Shown: positions 51,191-62,069 of the stretch, one piece after another
How the letters are laid out: each line of letters starts with the position of its first letter
Position numbering within the stretch: position 1 is the stretch's first letter
DNA from: an uncultured delta proteobacterium
GTDB taxonomy: Bacteria > Desulfobacterota > Binatia > UBA9968
Length of the DNA stretch: 64,000 nt
Assembly (NCBI GenBank): GCA_963804165.1
Contig: CAWDPO010000016.1
Coordinates: forward strand, 96,001-160,000
Direction: 5' to 3'
Position numbers and translations under genes: made by a program
The notes under the pieces: generated by a model
Told to the model about the DNA's origin: nothing
What the model saw: the letters and a program-made list of their open reading frames with translations, nothing else
Database searches by the model: none

Positions 51191-52987
51191 ATGAATACTG
51201 CACAATCGGCGAATAAACCCCGCGTTGACGCTTTTACTGCCGAGGTGATTCGGAGCGCGTTGGTGGCAATCACGGGGGAGATGAAGACCAACCTGATGCG
51301 CACGGCGTATCACACGATCATCTACGAAGCCGAAGATTTTACCGTCGGACTGTTCGACGCGGACGGTAACACGATCTCCATCGGCCTCGGCCTGCCGATG
51401 TTTATCCGCGGCTTGTCCGATGCGATCAAGGCGAAGATCGCGCACTGGGGCAAAGAAAACATCGAGCCGGGCGACATTCTCTTGACCAATGACAGTTACA
51501 CCATGGGCAGCCACTTGAATCATCTGATTTTTACGCTGCCGATTTTTAACGATGGTGAGCTGGTGGCATTTTCTTCGGCGATGGCGCATTGGCAGGACGT
51601 CGGCGGGCAGCTCGGCGGCGTGACCCGCGATATCTTTTCCGAAGGATTGCAGTTGCCGTTCGTGAAAAGCTTCCGTGCCGGAATAGAAAATCCCGAGATC
51701 ACAGCGATCATCAAAGCTAACGTGCGCGTGCCGGAGCGGGCGATGGGCGATATGCGCGCGCAGCTGGCCTCCATCCGCACCGGCGAGCGGCGGGTGATGC
51801 ATTTATTAAAGCGCTACGGCAATGCGGCATTCAGAGAGAGCATCCGGCTGGTTTACGAGCAGAGTGAAAAAGTCGCGCGGGCGGCGGTGGAGAAGATTCC
51901 CGACGGTGTTTACGAGGCCGAGTCGTTCATGGACGACGACGGCGTGAATCTGCTCAAACATATTCCAATTAAGGTCCGGGTCGAAGTCAGCGGCGATAAA
52001 ATGACGATCGATCTGAGTGACGTCAGCCCGCAGGTGGCGGGATTTTACAACTCCGGCATTACTGCTGGGCGCTCAGCCGCCGAAGTTGTTTTCAAGTGTG
52101 TCACCGCGCCGCTACTATTGCCGATCAACGACGGCTCGTTTCGGCCGCTCAAGATCATTCTGCCGCCGGGGCGCGTGGTGAGCGCAGTGAAGCCGGCGCC
52201 GGTGCGTGTCTGGATGACCGTGCCGATGACCGTGTGCGACACGATTTTTCGCGCGCTGGCGCCGGCCTGTCCGGAGCGTACCATCGCCGGACATTATGCC
52301 GACCTCTGCACGGTCAACCCGCACGGCTTCGATGCGTCGACCGGCCGGTTTTTCTGGTCGCATATCGGTCACCCCGGCGGCGGTTGGGGAGCCAAGCACG
52401 ACGAAGACGGCATGAGCGCGACGGTTTGTTTGAATGACGGCGACACGCACAACTCGCCTGTCGAAGCGACCGAGGCCAAGAGTCCGATCATCGTCGAGCG
52501 CCGCACTTTGCGCCAAGACTCCGGAGGTCCGGGCAAGTTCCGCGGCGGCCTCGGCGTGGCAAACGAGGTGCGCATGCGAAGGACGGCGACAATTCACGCT
52601 CATGTGGAGCGAACCATCTGCGCGCCGTGGGGGCTGCACGGCGGCAAAGACGCGCTGGCGAATCGGATTTCGATTCAGCGCGCGAATGGCGAAGTGGAAA
52701 AATTTCCGACGGGTAAAATCAAACCGACAGAGATCGATGCGGGGGATTCCTTCTTGATCGAGACGGCAGGGGGCGGTGGCTTCTGGAACTCTTTCGAGCG
52801 CGACCCAGAACGCGTGCTCTCCGACGTGCGCGCAGGGTACGTATCGTTGGAGGCCGCGCGGCGGGATTACGGCGTCGTGATTCAGCAGCGCGGACGACGG
52901 TTTGATGTCGACACGGCAGCGACGGCGGAATTGCGGAGGCAAATGACTAGCAGCGCTGGCGACGGCGAATATCTCACGAAGAACTAG
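51191..52987 (+). CDS. Hydantoinase/oxoprolinase subunit B family, copy 1
   Basis: EMKTNLMRTAY..IYEAEDF, PGDILLTND, HWQDVGG, GGGWG, DSGGPGKFRGG and GGGGF. Confidence 0.95.
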   Translation: MNTAQSANKPRVDAFTAEVIRSALVAITGEMKTNLMRTAYHTIIYEAEDFTVGLFDADGNTISIGLGLPMFIRGLSDAIKAKIAHWGKENIEPGDILLTNDSYTMGSHLNHLIFTLPIFNDGELVAFSSAMAHWQDVGGQLGGVTRDIFSEGLQLPFVKSFRAGIENPEITAIIKANVRVPERAMGDMRAQLASIRTGERRVMHLLKRYGNAAFRESIRLVYEQSEKVARAAVEKIPDGVYEAESFMDDDGVNLLKHIPIKVRVEVSGDKMTIDLSDVSPQVAGFYNSGITAGRSAAEVVFKCVTAPLLLPINDGSFRPLKIILPPGRVVSAVKPAPVRVWMTVPMTVCDTIFRALAPACPERTIAGHYADLCTVNPHGFDASTGRFFWSHIGHPGGGWGAKHDEDGMSATVCLNDGDTHNSPVEATEAKSPIIVERRTLRQDSGGPGKFRGGLGVANEVRMRRTATIHAHVERTICAPWGLHGGKDALANRISIQRANGEVEKFPTGKIKPTEIDAGDSFLIETAGGGGFWNSFERDPERVLSDVRAGYVSLEAARRDYGVVIQQRGRRFDVDTAATAELRRQMTSSAGDGEYLTKN

Positions 52988-53008
52988 CCGTTTCGCCGCG
53001 GTGTTTTT

Positions 53009-53064
53009 GTAGGGGCGACCCTATGTGGTCGCCCGAGCGGGTAGGCACGTAGGTCTGCCCCTAT
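53009..53064. repeat. GTAG-family REP doublet (REPIN-like)
   Basis: GTAGGGGCGACCCTATGTGGTCGCCC plus the inverted partner GGGTAGGCACGTAGGTCTGCCCCTAT. Confidence 0.75.
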
Positions 53065-53103
53065 ATGATTCGTGAAATTCGGATTTATGTCTGCGGTTAA
53101 TTC

Positions 53104-54890
53104 ATGACAGCAATCAGTACCAACGAAATTGGATCCCGCGTTGATGCCTTCACCGCCGAAGTGATTCGCAGCACGGTGGTGGCGATCACCGATGAGATGA
53201 AGACCAATCTCATGCGCACCGCGTACAACATGATCATTTACGAGGCGGAGGATTTCACCGTCGGCCTGTTCGACGCCGACGGCAACACGATTTCCATCGG
53301 CCTCGGCTTGCCGATGTTTATCCGTGGGCTGTCGGACTCGATCAAGGCGAAGCTCGATCACTGGGGTAAAGAAAATATTTACCCCGGCGACATTCTTCTC
53401 ACCAACGATCCGCAGGTGATGGGCAGTCACTGAATCACATGATTTTTACTTTGCCGGTTTTTCACGACGGCGAACTGGTAGCGTTCTCATCTTCCATGGG
53501 TCACTGGCAGGACGTGGGCGGCGTGCTCGGCGCGGTGACGCGGGACATTTTCTCGGAAGGCTTGCAGATGCCGTTCGTGAAGATATTCAAAGCCGGTAAG
53601 CAGGACGCGGAGCTGACGGCGATCATTCGCAGTAACTGCCGGCTGCCGGAATTCGCCATGGGCGATTTCCGCGCGCAGATCGCCGCGATCCGCACCGGCG
53701 AGCGCCGCTTAACGCAATTGCTCCGGCGCTACGGCGCCGAGACGTTCAAAGAGTCCGTGCGGCTGATATTCGATCAGAGCGAGAAGTTGGCGCGCGCCGC
53801 GGTAGAAAAAATTCCCGACGGCGTTTACGAAGCCGAATCGTTCATGGACGACGACGGCGTCAACCTGGGCAAGCATGTGCCGATCAAAGTTCGCGTCGAA
53901 GTGCGGGGCGACGAGATGACCGTCGACTTGAGCGGCGTGAGTCCGCAAGTGGCGGGGCCGTATAATTCGGGCTCGACGGCTGGCCGTTCGGCTTCTGAAG
54001 TTGCTTTCAAGTTTCTCACAACGCCGTTACTGCTGCCGATCAACCACGGATCTTTCCGGCCGCTCAAAGTCGTATTGCCGCCGGGGCGGATTGTAAGCGC
54101 CACCAAACCGGCGCCGGTGCGCACCTGGATGACTGTGCCGATGACGGTTGCGGATACGATCTTCAAAGCGCTCGCGCCGGCTTGTCCCGACAACGTGATG
54201 GCGGGGCAACACGCAGACCTTGCCGCGCCGCGCACTTTCGGTCTCGATCCCAAAACGGGTCGCGCCTTTCATTTCCCGGCGACACTTTCGGGCGGCGGTT
54301 GGGGAGCGCTGCACGATAGCGACGGACAGAACGCGACGTTTTGCATCAATGACGGCGACACGCATAACACGCCCGTGGAAGCGGGCGAAGGGAAAGGGCC
54401 GATATTCATCTCATATCGAAAACTGCGCCAGGACTCCGGCGGCCCGGGTAAGTTTCGCGGCGGTCTCGGCGTGGCGCAGGAGGTGCGGATGCTTTCGCCC
54501 GGCAGCGTTTTGTCCGCGATGGAGCGAACGCTTTGCCCGCCCTGGGGGTTGCACGGCGGTAAAGACGCGCTGGCCAATCGTTTCAGCATTGTCCGCAAGG
54601 ACGGTTCCGTGCAAAAACTACCGACGGGAAAAACCGCGGGTCACGTTTCGCTGGAAGCTGGTGATGGATTCTTAGTGGAAGTGGGCGGCGGCGGCGGATT
54701 TTGGAATCCCTTGGAGCGCGATCCCGAGCGCGTACTCGCCGACGTGCGCTCCGGCTATGTTTCGCTCGAAGCGGCGCGGCGCGATTATGGCGTGGTGATT
54801 CGGCAAAATGGACGCAAGTTCGAAATCGACGTTGAAGCGACTCGGGAGTTGAGGCGAGCATGTAACCAAGCAGCGCGTCATTCCTCCTGA
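53104..54890 (+). CDS. Hydantoinase/oxoprolinase subunit B family, copy 2; 1-nt deletion at ~53431
   Basis: Near-identical N-terminus to copy 1. CAC-TGA-ATC corresponds to the paralog's CAC-TTG-AAT, so this is a frameshift. Confidence 0.92.
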
Positions 54891-54920
54891 AGGTTGTGGC
54901 GCGGTGAGAAAATTCCTCTA

Positions 54921-55007
54921 GATGTCATGCTGAGCATGAGCGAAGCATCTCGCCTTTTAGTCAAGCACGAAGACGAGATCCTTCGCCTATCGGCTCAGGA
55001 TGACATC
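54921..55007. repeat. Palindromic intergenic repeat (GTCATxCTGAG...AGATCCTTCG...CTCAGGATGAC type)
   Basis: GATGTCATGCTGAGC...GCTCAGGATGACATC terminal inverted repeat with internal CGAAGCATCTCG/CGAGATCCTTCG. Confidence 0.8.
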
Positions 55008-55113
55008 AGGATGCAATCGCTGTCGGGGCGAGGAAATCTTTTGATCAGCGTCGGTAGTATCACCGCGGCCGCCAACGGGCGATTGTCGAATTCAATAAGC
55101 GGGAGGCGGATCG

Positions 55114-56112
55114 ATGTTGAAGAAAAATAAACGGCTGACGTTCTGCTCGGTTGCAATTTTTGGGGCAGCATTTCTTCTGTATGTTTCTACATCTCCCGGA
55201 TTCGGCCAAGAAGCTAAAACCAAGATCCGTATATCTTACCCCAACATCTCCATCTGTTGCCTGGCCTTGTTCGCCGCGCAGCAGTGGAAGATCTTCGAGC
55301 AGAACGGCCTCGATGTTGAAAGCATTCAAATGCGCTCGCAAGCGGCAAATTCGGCTTTGGCCAGCGGCGATATACACTATGTCGCGGGAGTCGGTCCGAA
55401 CTCAGTTGCGGCAACGCTCCGGGGATTGCCTTCCAAAGCCGTCTGGTTCGCCTCAGAGTCGCTGATCTACACGGTTCTCGCTCGGCCCGAGTTCAAGTCG
55501 CTAAAAGAATTGCGCGGCAAGCGGCTCGGTCTTACCGGGCTCGGTGGCACGTCGGATGTGGCGCTGCGCATTGCGCTGGAGGCGGTCGGAGAAAATCCGA
55601 AAGACTTCATCATTATCGCTCTGGGCGCGCCGCAGCTGATGAGCGGTTTGGAGAACGGCACCATCGAAGCCGCGCAGCTCAATTCGCCGTTGAATTATCA
55701 TGCCAAGAAAAAAGGGTTTCGTCCGCTACTCGAAATCGGCGATTACGTTCAGATGCCGCTCGGCGGACTCACGGCTTCGACCGCTTCGATCCAGAACCGT
55801 ACGAGCGAGCTCAAGCGCGTGATCCGTTCTTTGCAAAGCGCCAAGCGAACGCTGCTTCAGTCGAAAGAGAAGGCGATCGATTTGATCATGCGCACGATTA
55901 AAGTCGACCGCGAAGTGGCGGAAGAAATGTTCGCGGATAATCGCCGCAGCGCCGCCGGCAACGGCGTGCCGAGCCGCGAGGGCATGGAGCAGATCGTCAA
56001 GTCGTTGCAGATGCTCGGCCAGTTCGCGGGCAAAAAAATCGCCTTCGAGGAAATCACCGATACGCGTATGGCGAGAGAAGTCGCAAAGGAACTGGGTTAC
56101 AAAGTGGATTAG
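55114..56112 (+). CDS. ABC substrate-binding protein, SsuA/THI5(NMT1)-like
   Basis: Signal peptide; IFEQNGLDVE, ALASGDI, LKELRGKRLG and LENGTIEAA. Confidence 0.85.
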   Translation: MLKKNKRLTFCSVAIFGAAFLLYVSTSPGFGQEAKTKIRISYPNISICCLALFAAQQWKIFEQNGLDVESIQMRSQAANSALASGDIHYVAGVGPNSVAATLRGLPSKAVWFASESLIYTVLARPEFKSLKELRGKRLGLTGLGGTSDVALRIALEAVGENPKDFIIIALGAPQLMSGLENGTIEAAQLNSPLNYHAKKKGFRPLLEIGDYVQMPLGGLTASTASIQNRTSELKRVIRSLQSAKRTLLQSKEKAIDLIMRTIKVDREVAEEMFADNRRSAAGNGVPSREGMEQIVKSLQMLGQFAGKKIAFEEITDTRMAREVAKELGYKVD

Positions 56113-56152
56113 AATCCAGAGGTTTCAGGTGTCGGGTGTCGGGTTTTGGTCT

Positions 56153-57131
56153 GTGAGCACGACTGTACGAACTAGACTTATTCTACTGTGCGGATTGATC
56201 TGTGCGCTATGCGACAGCGGCACTTCATTTGCTCAAGACAAAGTCAGAATCTCTTATCGTGGGTCCCTCCCTCAGTAATTTACCCCTGCTCGCCGCCAAA
56301 GAACTAGGAATATTTTCTCGCAACAGATTGGATGTCGAAATCCTGCTGCTGACGTCACAGCTCTCGGCCGTGGCGTTGGGCGCCGGCGAGCTTGAATACG
56401 TCGCCGGCGTCGGCCCCGGATCAGTCGGCGGGACTCTCGCGGGCATCCCTTCCCGCGCCGTATGGGTCGTCTCCAATCGCATTCTGCACTCGGTCGTGGC
56501 GCAACCGGAATTGAAGACTCTGCAAGACCTGCGCGGAAAGAAGATCGGCGTCACCGGATTGGGCGGGACGACGCATACCTCGTTGACGATGGCGATCGAA
56601 AAGTTCGGTGGCAATCCACGGGAATATATCGTCGTGTCGCTCGGGCCGCAGCAATATTTGCGGGCTCTGGAGTCGAAAGCCGTCGACGCTGCAACAGTCG
56701 ATCCGCCGTTGCTGTTTCTTGTGCTGAAAAAAGGCTTCAGCCGTATCCTCGATCTGGGCTCGGTCGTCGAGATGCCGGTGGGCGGATTGACCACATTGGT
56801 CAAGACATTGAACGCGAAGCCCGAACAAGTGGTTAGAATCATCAAGTCACTGCAAGAGGCGAAAGACTTGCTGCTGAGCTCCAAAGAACGCGCCGTCGAC
56901 TTCACAATGAAAGTCATGAAGATGGACCGGGAAATCGCGCTCAGGAGCTTTGAGCTCATGGCCGGTGCGTGGGTCGGAACCGGCGTGCCGACGCGCGCGG
57001 GCATGGAAAATATTATTCGCGGGGTTCAGTCGCAGGGTCGCTTCGCTGACAAAAAAGCGGCGTTCGAAGACGTCGCCGATAGCAGATTTGCAATTCAGGC
57101 AGCGCGGGAATTGGGTCACAAAGCTGGATAG
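56153..57131 (+). CDS. ABC substrate-binding protein, SsuA/THI5-like paralog; frameshift at ~56258
   Basis: Signal peptide ...SFAQDKVRISY joins GPSLSNLPLLAAKELGIF; shares YVAGVGP, GLGGT and MPxGGLT with 55114. Confidence 0.85.
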
Positions 57132-57165
57132 CGTAGTGTTACGAAGAAGCGCTAAATGATGCAAA

Positions 57166-57263
57166 CGTCATTCCGGCCAACCCGGGATCACAGTCCGGGG
57201 TAGCGCGAGCCGAAATCCAGAAATTTCAAACAAGTCTAGATACCCGATTTCGCGGGCATAACG
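57166..57263. repeat. GTCATTCCGGC...AATCCAG...GATACCCG..TTCGCGGGCATxAC palindromic element
   Basis: Degenerate terminal inverted repeats CGTCAT/ATAACG and an internal CCCGG-CCGGG hairpin. Confidence 0.6.
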
Positions 57264-57348
57264 ACGAAGAACCGAAAGAATTCTGAACCAACTCATTTAT
57301 GAAATCGTGATTTGGATGTTTATTCGGCATGTCGATAAAAGGTGCGCC

Positions 57349-58188
57349 ATGAAGCAGCTGACAACTAACATCCTCATTGAAACCGGGTTGAAGGGCGCCA
57401 ATCACGGGGTCGTTACGACTTCGGATGGGCTGGTAGTGATCGATACGCCGCACAAGCCGAGCGACGCTATACGGTTAAGGGGAGAAATCGAGCGGCTCGG
57501 TCGGCTCCGCTATATCATCAACACCGAGCCGCACGGCGATCATTGGACCGGCAATGCTTTCTTCGACGTACCGGTGGTCGCTCACGAAGGCGTGCGCTCG
57601 CGCATCCTTGGCACGGACTTGGCCGCGCATGTTGCTCGGGTGGCGTCGTTCGGACCGGAAGAACCAAAACTATTGGAAAACTATAAAGCCAACGCGCCGG
57701 TGATCACGTTTCAAAGCGAGATGACCTTGCACGTGGGTAATCACACGTTCCGCATGGTGCACATGCCCGGTCACACGCCTTACCAAGCAGCGGTGATCGT
57801 CGAAGAGGAGGGCGTCGTCTTCACCAGCGACAATATTTTCTGCAAGGTGCAGACCTGGCTCCAAGAAGCCAATCCGGATCATTGGCTGCAAAGCGCTAGA
57901 ATCGCTGCGCGCGCTGCGCGAGGAAACGTTCGTCCCCGGCCACGGGCCGGTATGCGATAAGCGCTACTGGACGAGCAAGGCTCGTTCATCAGCGAGTGGG
58001 TGGAGTACGTGCGCGGCGGGATTGGGCGCGGCATGAACAAAGAGGAGTGCGTGGCCAAGCTCACGGCATTCACGGATCGATATCCCATGGACGTCGGCCA
58101 GGACGGCATGTCCCCTCGCGTGATGCAGATGAACATCGCCAATCTCTTCGATTACCTGACCGGCGCCGGCATCCACAAACAACCTTAG
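57349..58188 (+). CDS. Metallo-beta-lactamase-fold hydrolase (cyclase-like); frameshifted near ~57895
   Basis: VVIDTP, INTEPHGDHWTGN, PGHT, FTSDN and VPGHG (second frame). Confidence 0.85.
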
Positions 58189-58199
58189 ACTAGGCTAGA

Positions 58200-58394
58200 C
58201 TAGTGTCTTGTCACAGAAGTTTCCCGCATCAATATGTCCGAAAATCTCCCCTTCCCCTCTTTGGCAAAGAGGGGTGATAGCTAGCGAGAAATCCCCCTTT
58301 GAACCAGGAGGTACAAAGGGGGATTTTGAGTTCGACTTCAGGCTGATGCCAATCGTATTGGACTTATTTAAACGAACTTTAGACGCCACACTAG
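58200..58394. mobile_element. Candidate MITE with CTAGTGT...ACACTAG ends, enclosing CCCCTCTTT/AAAGAGGGG and CCCCCTTT/AAAGGGGG hairpins
   Basis: Short terminal inverted repeats that include CTAG, plus two internal palindromes. A degenerate related palindrome lies at ~58479-58583. Confidence 0.45.
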
Positions 58395-58602
58395 GGATCT
58401 TCGCCTCCCGGACTGTTCTGAGTTCCAATATTCGGTCTATTGTGAGAAGGTAGCTCAGACGTTTTCACACGCTCGCCGAAATCCCCCTCGATCCTCATTT
58501 TCCCAAGGGGCACAGCAAGACCATTCAGCGATTTTGGTAGCATGGTATCACCCGTCTTCGAAAGAAGAGGGGCAGGCGAGAATGCGGCGCGGTGAATCAA
58601 TC

Positions 58603-58621
58603 TTGATACACCCCGTATCAA
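58603..58621. promoter_or_regulatory. Perfect palindrome TTGATAC-N5-GTATCAA (candidate bEBP site)
   Basis: Located ~105 bp upstream of the sigma54 element at 58726. Confidence 0.55.
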
Positions 58622-58725
58622 AACGGCTACACATGCCTCATGCTTTGGTTCCGGCGCTCGACCGGTGACGGCGAAAATTGCTCGTGAATTCCAATCTCTA
58701 GGTTGAGCTGCGGAGAAAAGGACTG

Positions 58726-58741
58726 TGGCACTGTTCCTGCT
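58726..58741 (+). promoter_or_regulatory. Sigma54 -24/-12 promoter at the head of the SBP array
   Basis: TGGCAC-TGTTC-CTGCT (GG-N10-GC), 45 bp upstream of the ATG at 58786 (RBS GGAGG). Confidence 0.7.
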
Positions 58742-58785
58742 CCTCAATCGACGCGGCTCAGTGCAGGTTTTCAATCGGAGGAAAC

Positions 58786-59772
58786 ATGTTTAAAGAATTC
58801 GCCGCAGTCGTCGTTATCACGGGGATTTTGACTGCGGTGAATCTCGCTCAGGCGCAGCAGCCAACGAAAATCCCCCGGATAGGATACCTAGATGGCTGTC
58901 TCCCTTTCCGTTAACTCGGCCCGCATCGAGGCATTCCGGCAGGGTCTGCGCGAGCTTGGGTACGTGGAGGGGAAAAACATTGTCATTGAGTGGCGATCTG
59001 CAGAGGGAAAACTCGATCGCCTCCCCGCGCTCGCGGCCGAGCTAGTGCGTCTCAAGGTAGACGTCATCGTCACGGGTGGTCCGACAGCAACCCGTGCCGC
59101 CAAGGAAGCAACTGTCTACGATTCCCATTGTCATGGCGCAGGATACCGATCCTGTTGGCAACGGGTTCGTCGCCAGCCTTGCGCGACCTGGCGGGAACAT
59201 CACTGGATTGTCCACCCTTGCCCCGGAGCTAAGCGGAAAACAACTGGAGCTTCTGAAGGAGATCGTTCCTAAGCTCTCCCGCGTGGCCGTCTTCGGGACT
59301 TCGACCATCCCGGGCAACGCGCAATCGTTAAGAGAGATGGAACTCGCCGCAGGGGCGTTCAAGGTGCAGCTTCAATACCTAGACGTACTAGATCCCAAGG
59401 ATATTGAGACCGCATTCCGAGCCGCAAGCAAGGGGCGTGCTGACGCAGTCCTCGTGCTGGCGGGCCCCGTCTTCGATTCTCAGTCGAACACAGATTGTCG
59501 AACTCGCGGTAAAGAGCCGGCTCCCGGCGATATACAGCAGGTCAGAATATGTGGAAGACGGGGGCTTATGACCTACGGCGTGAGCTTGACCGACTTGTAC
59601 CGGCGCGCCGCTACGTATGTGGACAAGATTCTGAAAGGCGCTAAGCCCGCCGATCTTCCGGTGGAGCAGCCGACAGAAGTTCGAGTTCATCATCAATCTG
59701 AAAGCGGCGAAGCAGATCGGCCTGACGATTCCGCCGAATGTGCTGGCGCGGGCGGACAAAGTGATCAAGTGA
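58786..59772 (+). CDS. ABC_sub_bind (PF04392-type) substrate-binding protein, copy 1; frameshifted
   Basis: [60 protein letters not shown] and ADKVIK*. Confidence 0.88.
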
Positions 59773-59847
59773 CATGAGGATGCAGAGATGTCAGAGTATC
59801 GGAGTGATGGAAACGGATCAACGCATGAATGCAAAGCATTGCATCGA

Positions 59848-60863
59848 ATGAAAAAATCCTTTGCTTTCCGCGTCGATACTCAGCATCCAATGCAAACTGG
59901 CTGGCCATTGCTCTGTTGCGCTTTGCGTGTTCCTGCCGAGGCGCAGCAGCCAGGGAAAATCTTCCGCATAGGTTTCCTGGATCCAAGCACTGCTTCCGGT
60001 AGCGCGGTCCTCGTGGAGGCGTTCCGGCAAGAGCTGAGCAAGCTTGGCTGGATCGAGGGAAAGAATATCACCATCGAGTACCGGTTTGCCGAGCAAAAGC
60101 ATGAGCGCCTGCCTGAGCTTGCGGCGGAGTTGGTTCGTCTAAAGGTTGATCTGATTGTGGTCGCAGGGACGCCACGGCGTTGGCGGCCAAGAAAGCAACT
60201 ACTACCATCCCCATCGTGATGGCGAACGTTGGGGACCCAGTAGGCTGCAGGTTTGGTTGCCAGTCTGGCGCGGCCGGGAGGCAATGTCACCGGGCTCTCG
60301 AGTTTAGGACCGAGCTAAATACCAAAAGGCTAGAGATACTCAAGGACGCGGTCCCCAAGCTCGCCCGAGTTGGACTTCTGCGGCCGCCGGGAGCCAGCAT
60401 AGGACAAGACCTCCAACTGAAAGAGCTCAGGCCTGCGGCTCTGGCATTGAAGCTAAAATTGGAGGAGATCGAGACTCAACTCGACGCCAAAGGTTTAGAG
60501 AGCGCCTTTCAAACCGCAAAGCAGAAGCAGGTCGACGCGATTATGACGACCGCCACTCGCCCCTTTTTCGCCGAAAGAAAGCGGATCGTCGAGCTTGCCG
60601 GCAAATACCGGTTGCCGGCTATTTACTCCCAGAAGGAGTATGTCGATGAGGGCGGTCTCATGTCCTATGGGGCGGACTACGATGACCTCTATCGGCGCGC
60701 GGCTGTTTACGTGGACAAGATCTTGAAAGGTGCCAAACCGGCTGATTTGCCGGTGCAGCAGGCAACGAAGTTTGAATTCATCATCAACCTCAAGGCGGCA
60801 AAACAGATCGGTCTGACAATTCCAGTCCGCGTGCTCGAGCGGGCGAATCAAGTGATCAAGTGA
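59848..60863 (+). CDS. ABC_sub_bind substrate-binding protein, copy 2; frameshifted
   Basis: [45 protein letters not shown] and ANQVIK*. Confidence 0.88.
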
Positions 60864-60911
60864 TTCGTTAGAGTTTCGATTGCCGATTTTCGATTAGGGA
60901 TCAAGCTGAGA

Positions 60912-61938
60912 TTGCCAAGGACACGATCGGTACTGAAATCGAAATCGAAAATCCAAAATCGAAAATGGTTGGCTCTTGCGCTATCGTTCTATGTCGTCTT
61001 GCGCGCTGTCGCCGAGGCGCAGCAGCCAACGAAAGTCCCGCGGATAGGATACCTAACTGCTGTCTCACCTTCCACTGGCTCGGACCGCATCGAGGCATTT
61101 CGGCAAGGTCTGCGTGAGCTTGGATACGTCGAGGGGAAAAACATTGTCATTGAGTATCGATATGCGGAGGGAAAACTCGATCGCCTCCCCGCGCTTGCGG
61201 CCGAGCTAGTCCGTCTCAAGGTAGATGTGATCGTCACCTCCGGTCCACTACCGACTCGTGCCACCAAGGAAGCAACCACGACGATTCCCATCGTCATGGC
61301 GCAGGATGCCGATCCTGTTGGCAACGGGTTCGTCGCCAGCCTTGCGCGACCTGGGGGAAACATTACAGGATTGTCAGCTCATGCGCCCGGAGCTGAGCGG
61401 AAAACGACTGGAGCTTTTGAAAGAGACCATTCCTAAGCTCTCCCGCGTGGCCGTCTTCGGGACTTCGACCCAGCCGGGCAACGCACAATAGTTAAAAGAA
61501 ACGGAACTCGCGGCAGGGGCGTTCAGAGTGAAGCTTCAATACCTAGACATACTGGTTCCAAAGGATATTGAGAGCGCATTCCGAGCCGCAGGCAAGGGGC
61601 GTGCTGACGCAGTCCTTATGATGGTCCAAGCAGCGTCGCCGGTTCTCACCGAAAACGAGATTGTAGAACTTGCGGTAAAGAGTCGACTCCGGCGACATAT
61701 CACGCAGAGCCAGTATGTGGAAGCCGGCGGGCTTATGAGTTACGGCGTGAGCATCACCGACTTGAACCGCCGCGCCGCTACATATGTGGACAAGATTCTC
61801 AAAGGCGCCAAAGCCCGCCGACTTCCCGTCGAGCAGCCGACGAAGTTCGAGTTCATCATCAATCTCAAGGCGGCGAAGCAGATCGGACTAACGATTCCGC
61901 CGAATGTGCTGGCGAGAGCGGATAGAGTGATCAGATGA
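60912..61938 (+). CDS. ABC_sub_bind substrate-binding protein, copy 3; frameshifts plus in-frame TAG at 61489
   Basis: [15 protein letters not shown] ... ADRVIR*; closely similar to copy 1. Confidence 0.85.
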
Positions 61939-62069
61939 ACGACCAATAACAGTGCAGCGGCGAGTCAAAATTAAAATTGTGGGCATTTTCGATCAGATGT
62001 TCGTACGGCGCGAGATGATCGAGTTGATCCGAGCATGCGTGAGTCAGCTTCGTTTCCTAAGGACAGACG

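Noticed and set aside
53431-53433. TGA in the second hydantoinase B gene near sel genes, suggesting selenocysteine
   Set aside because: The downstream ORF is in a different frame, and the paralog has CAC-TTG-AAT (His-Leu-Asn). This is a 1-nt deletion at a non-Cys position.
58603-58621. FNR box
   Set aside because: TTGAT and ATCAA are separated by 9 bp rather than 4, so it is kept only as a generic dyad.
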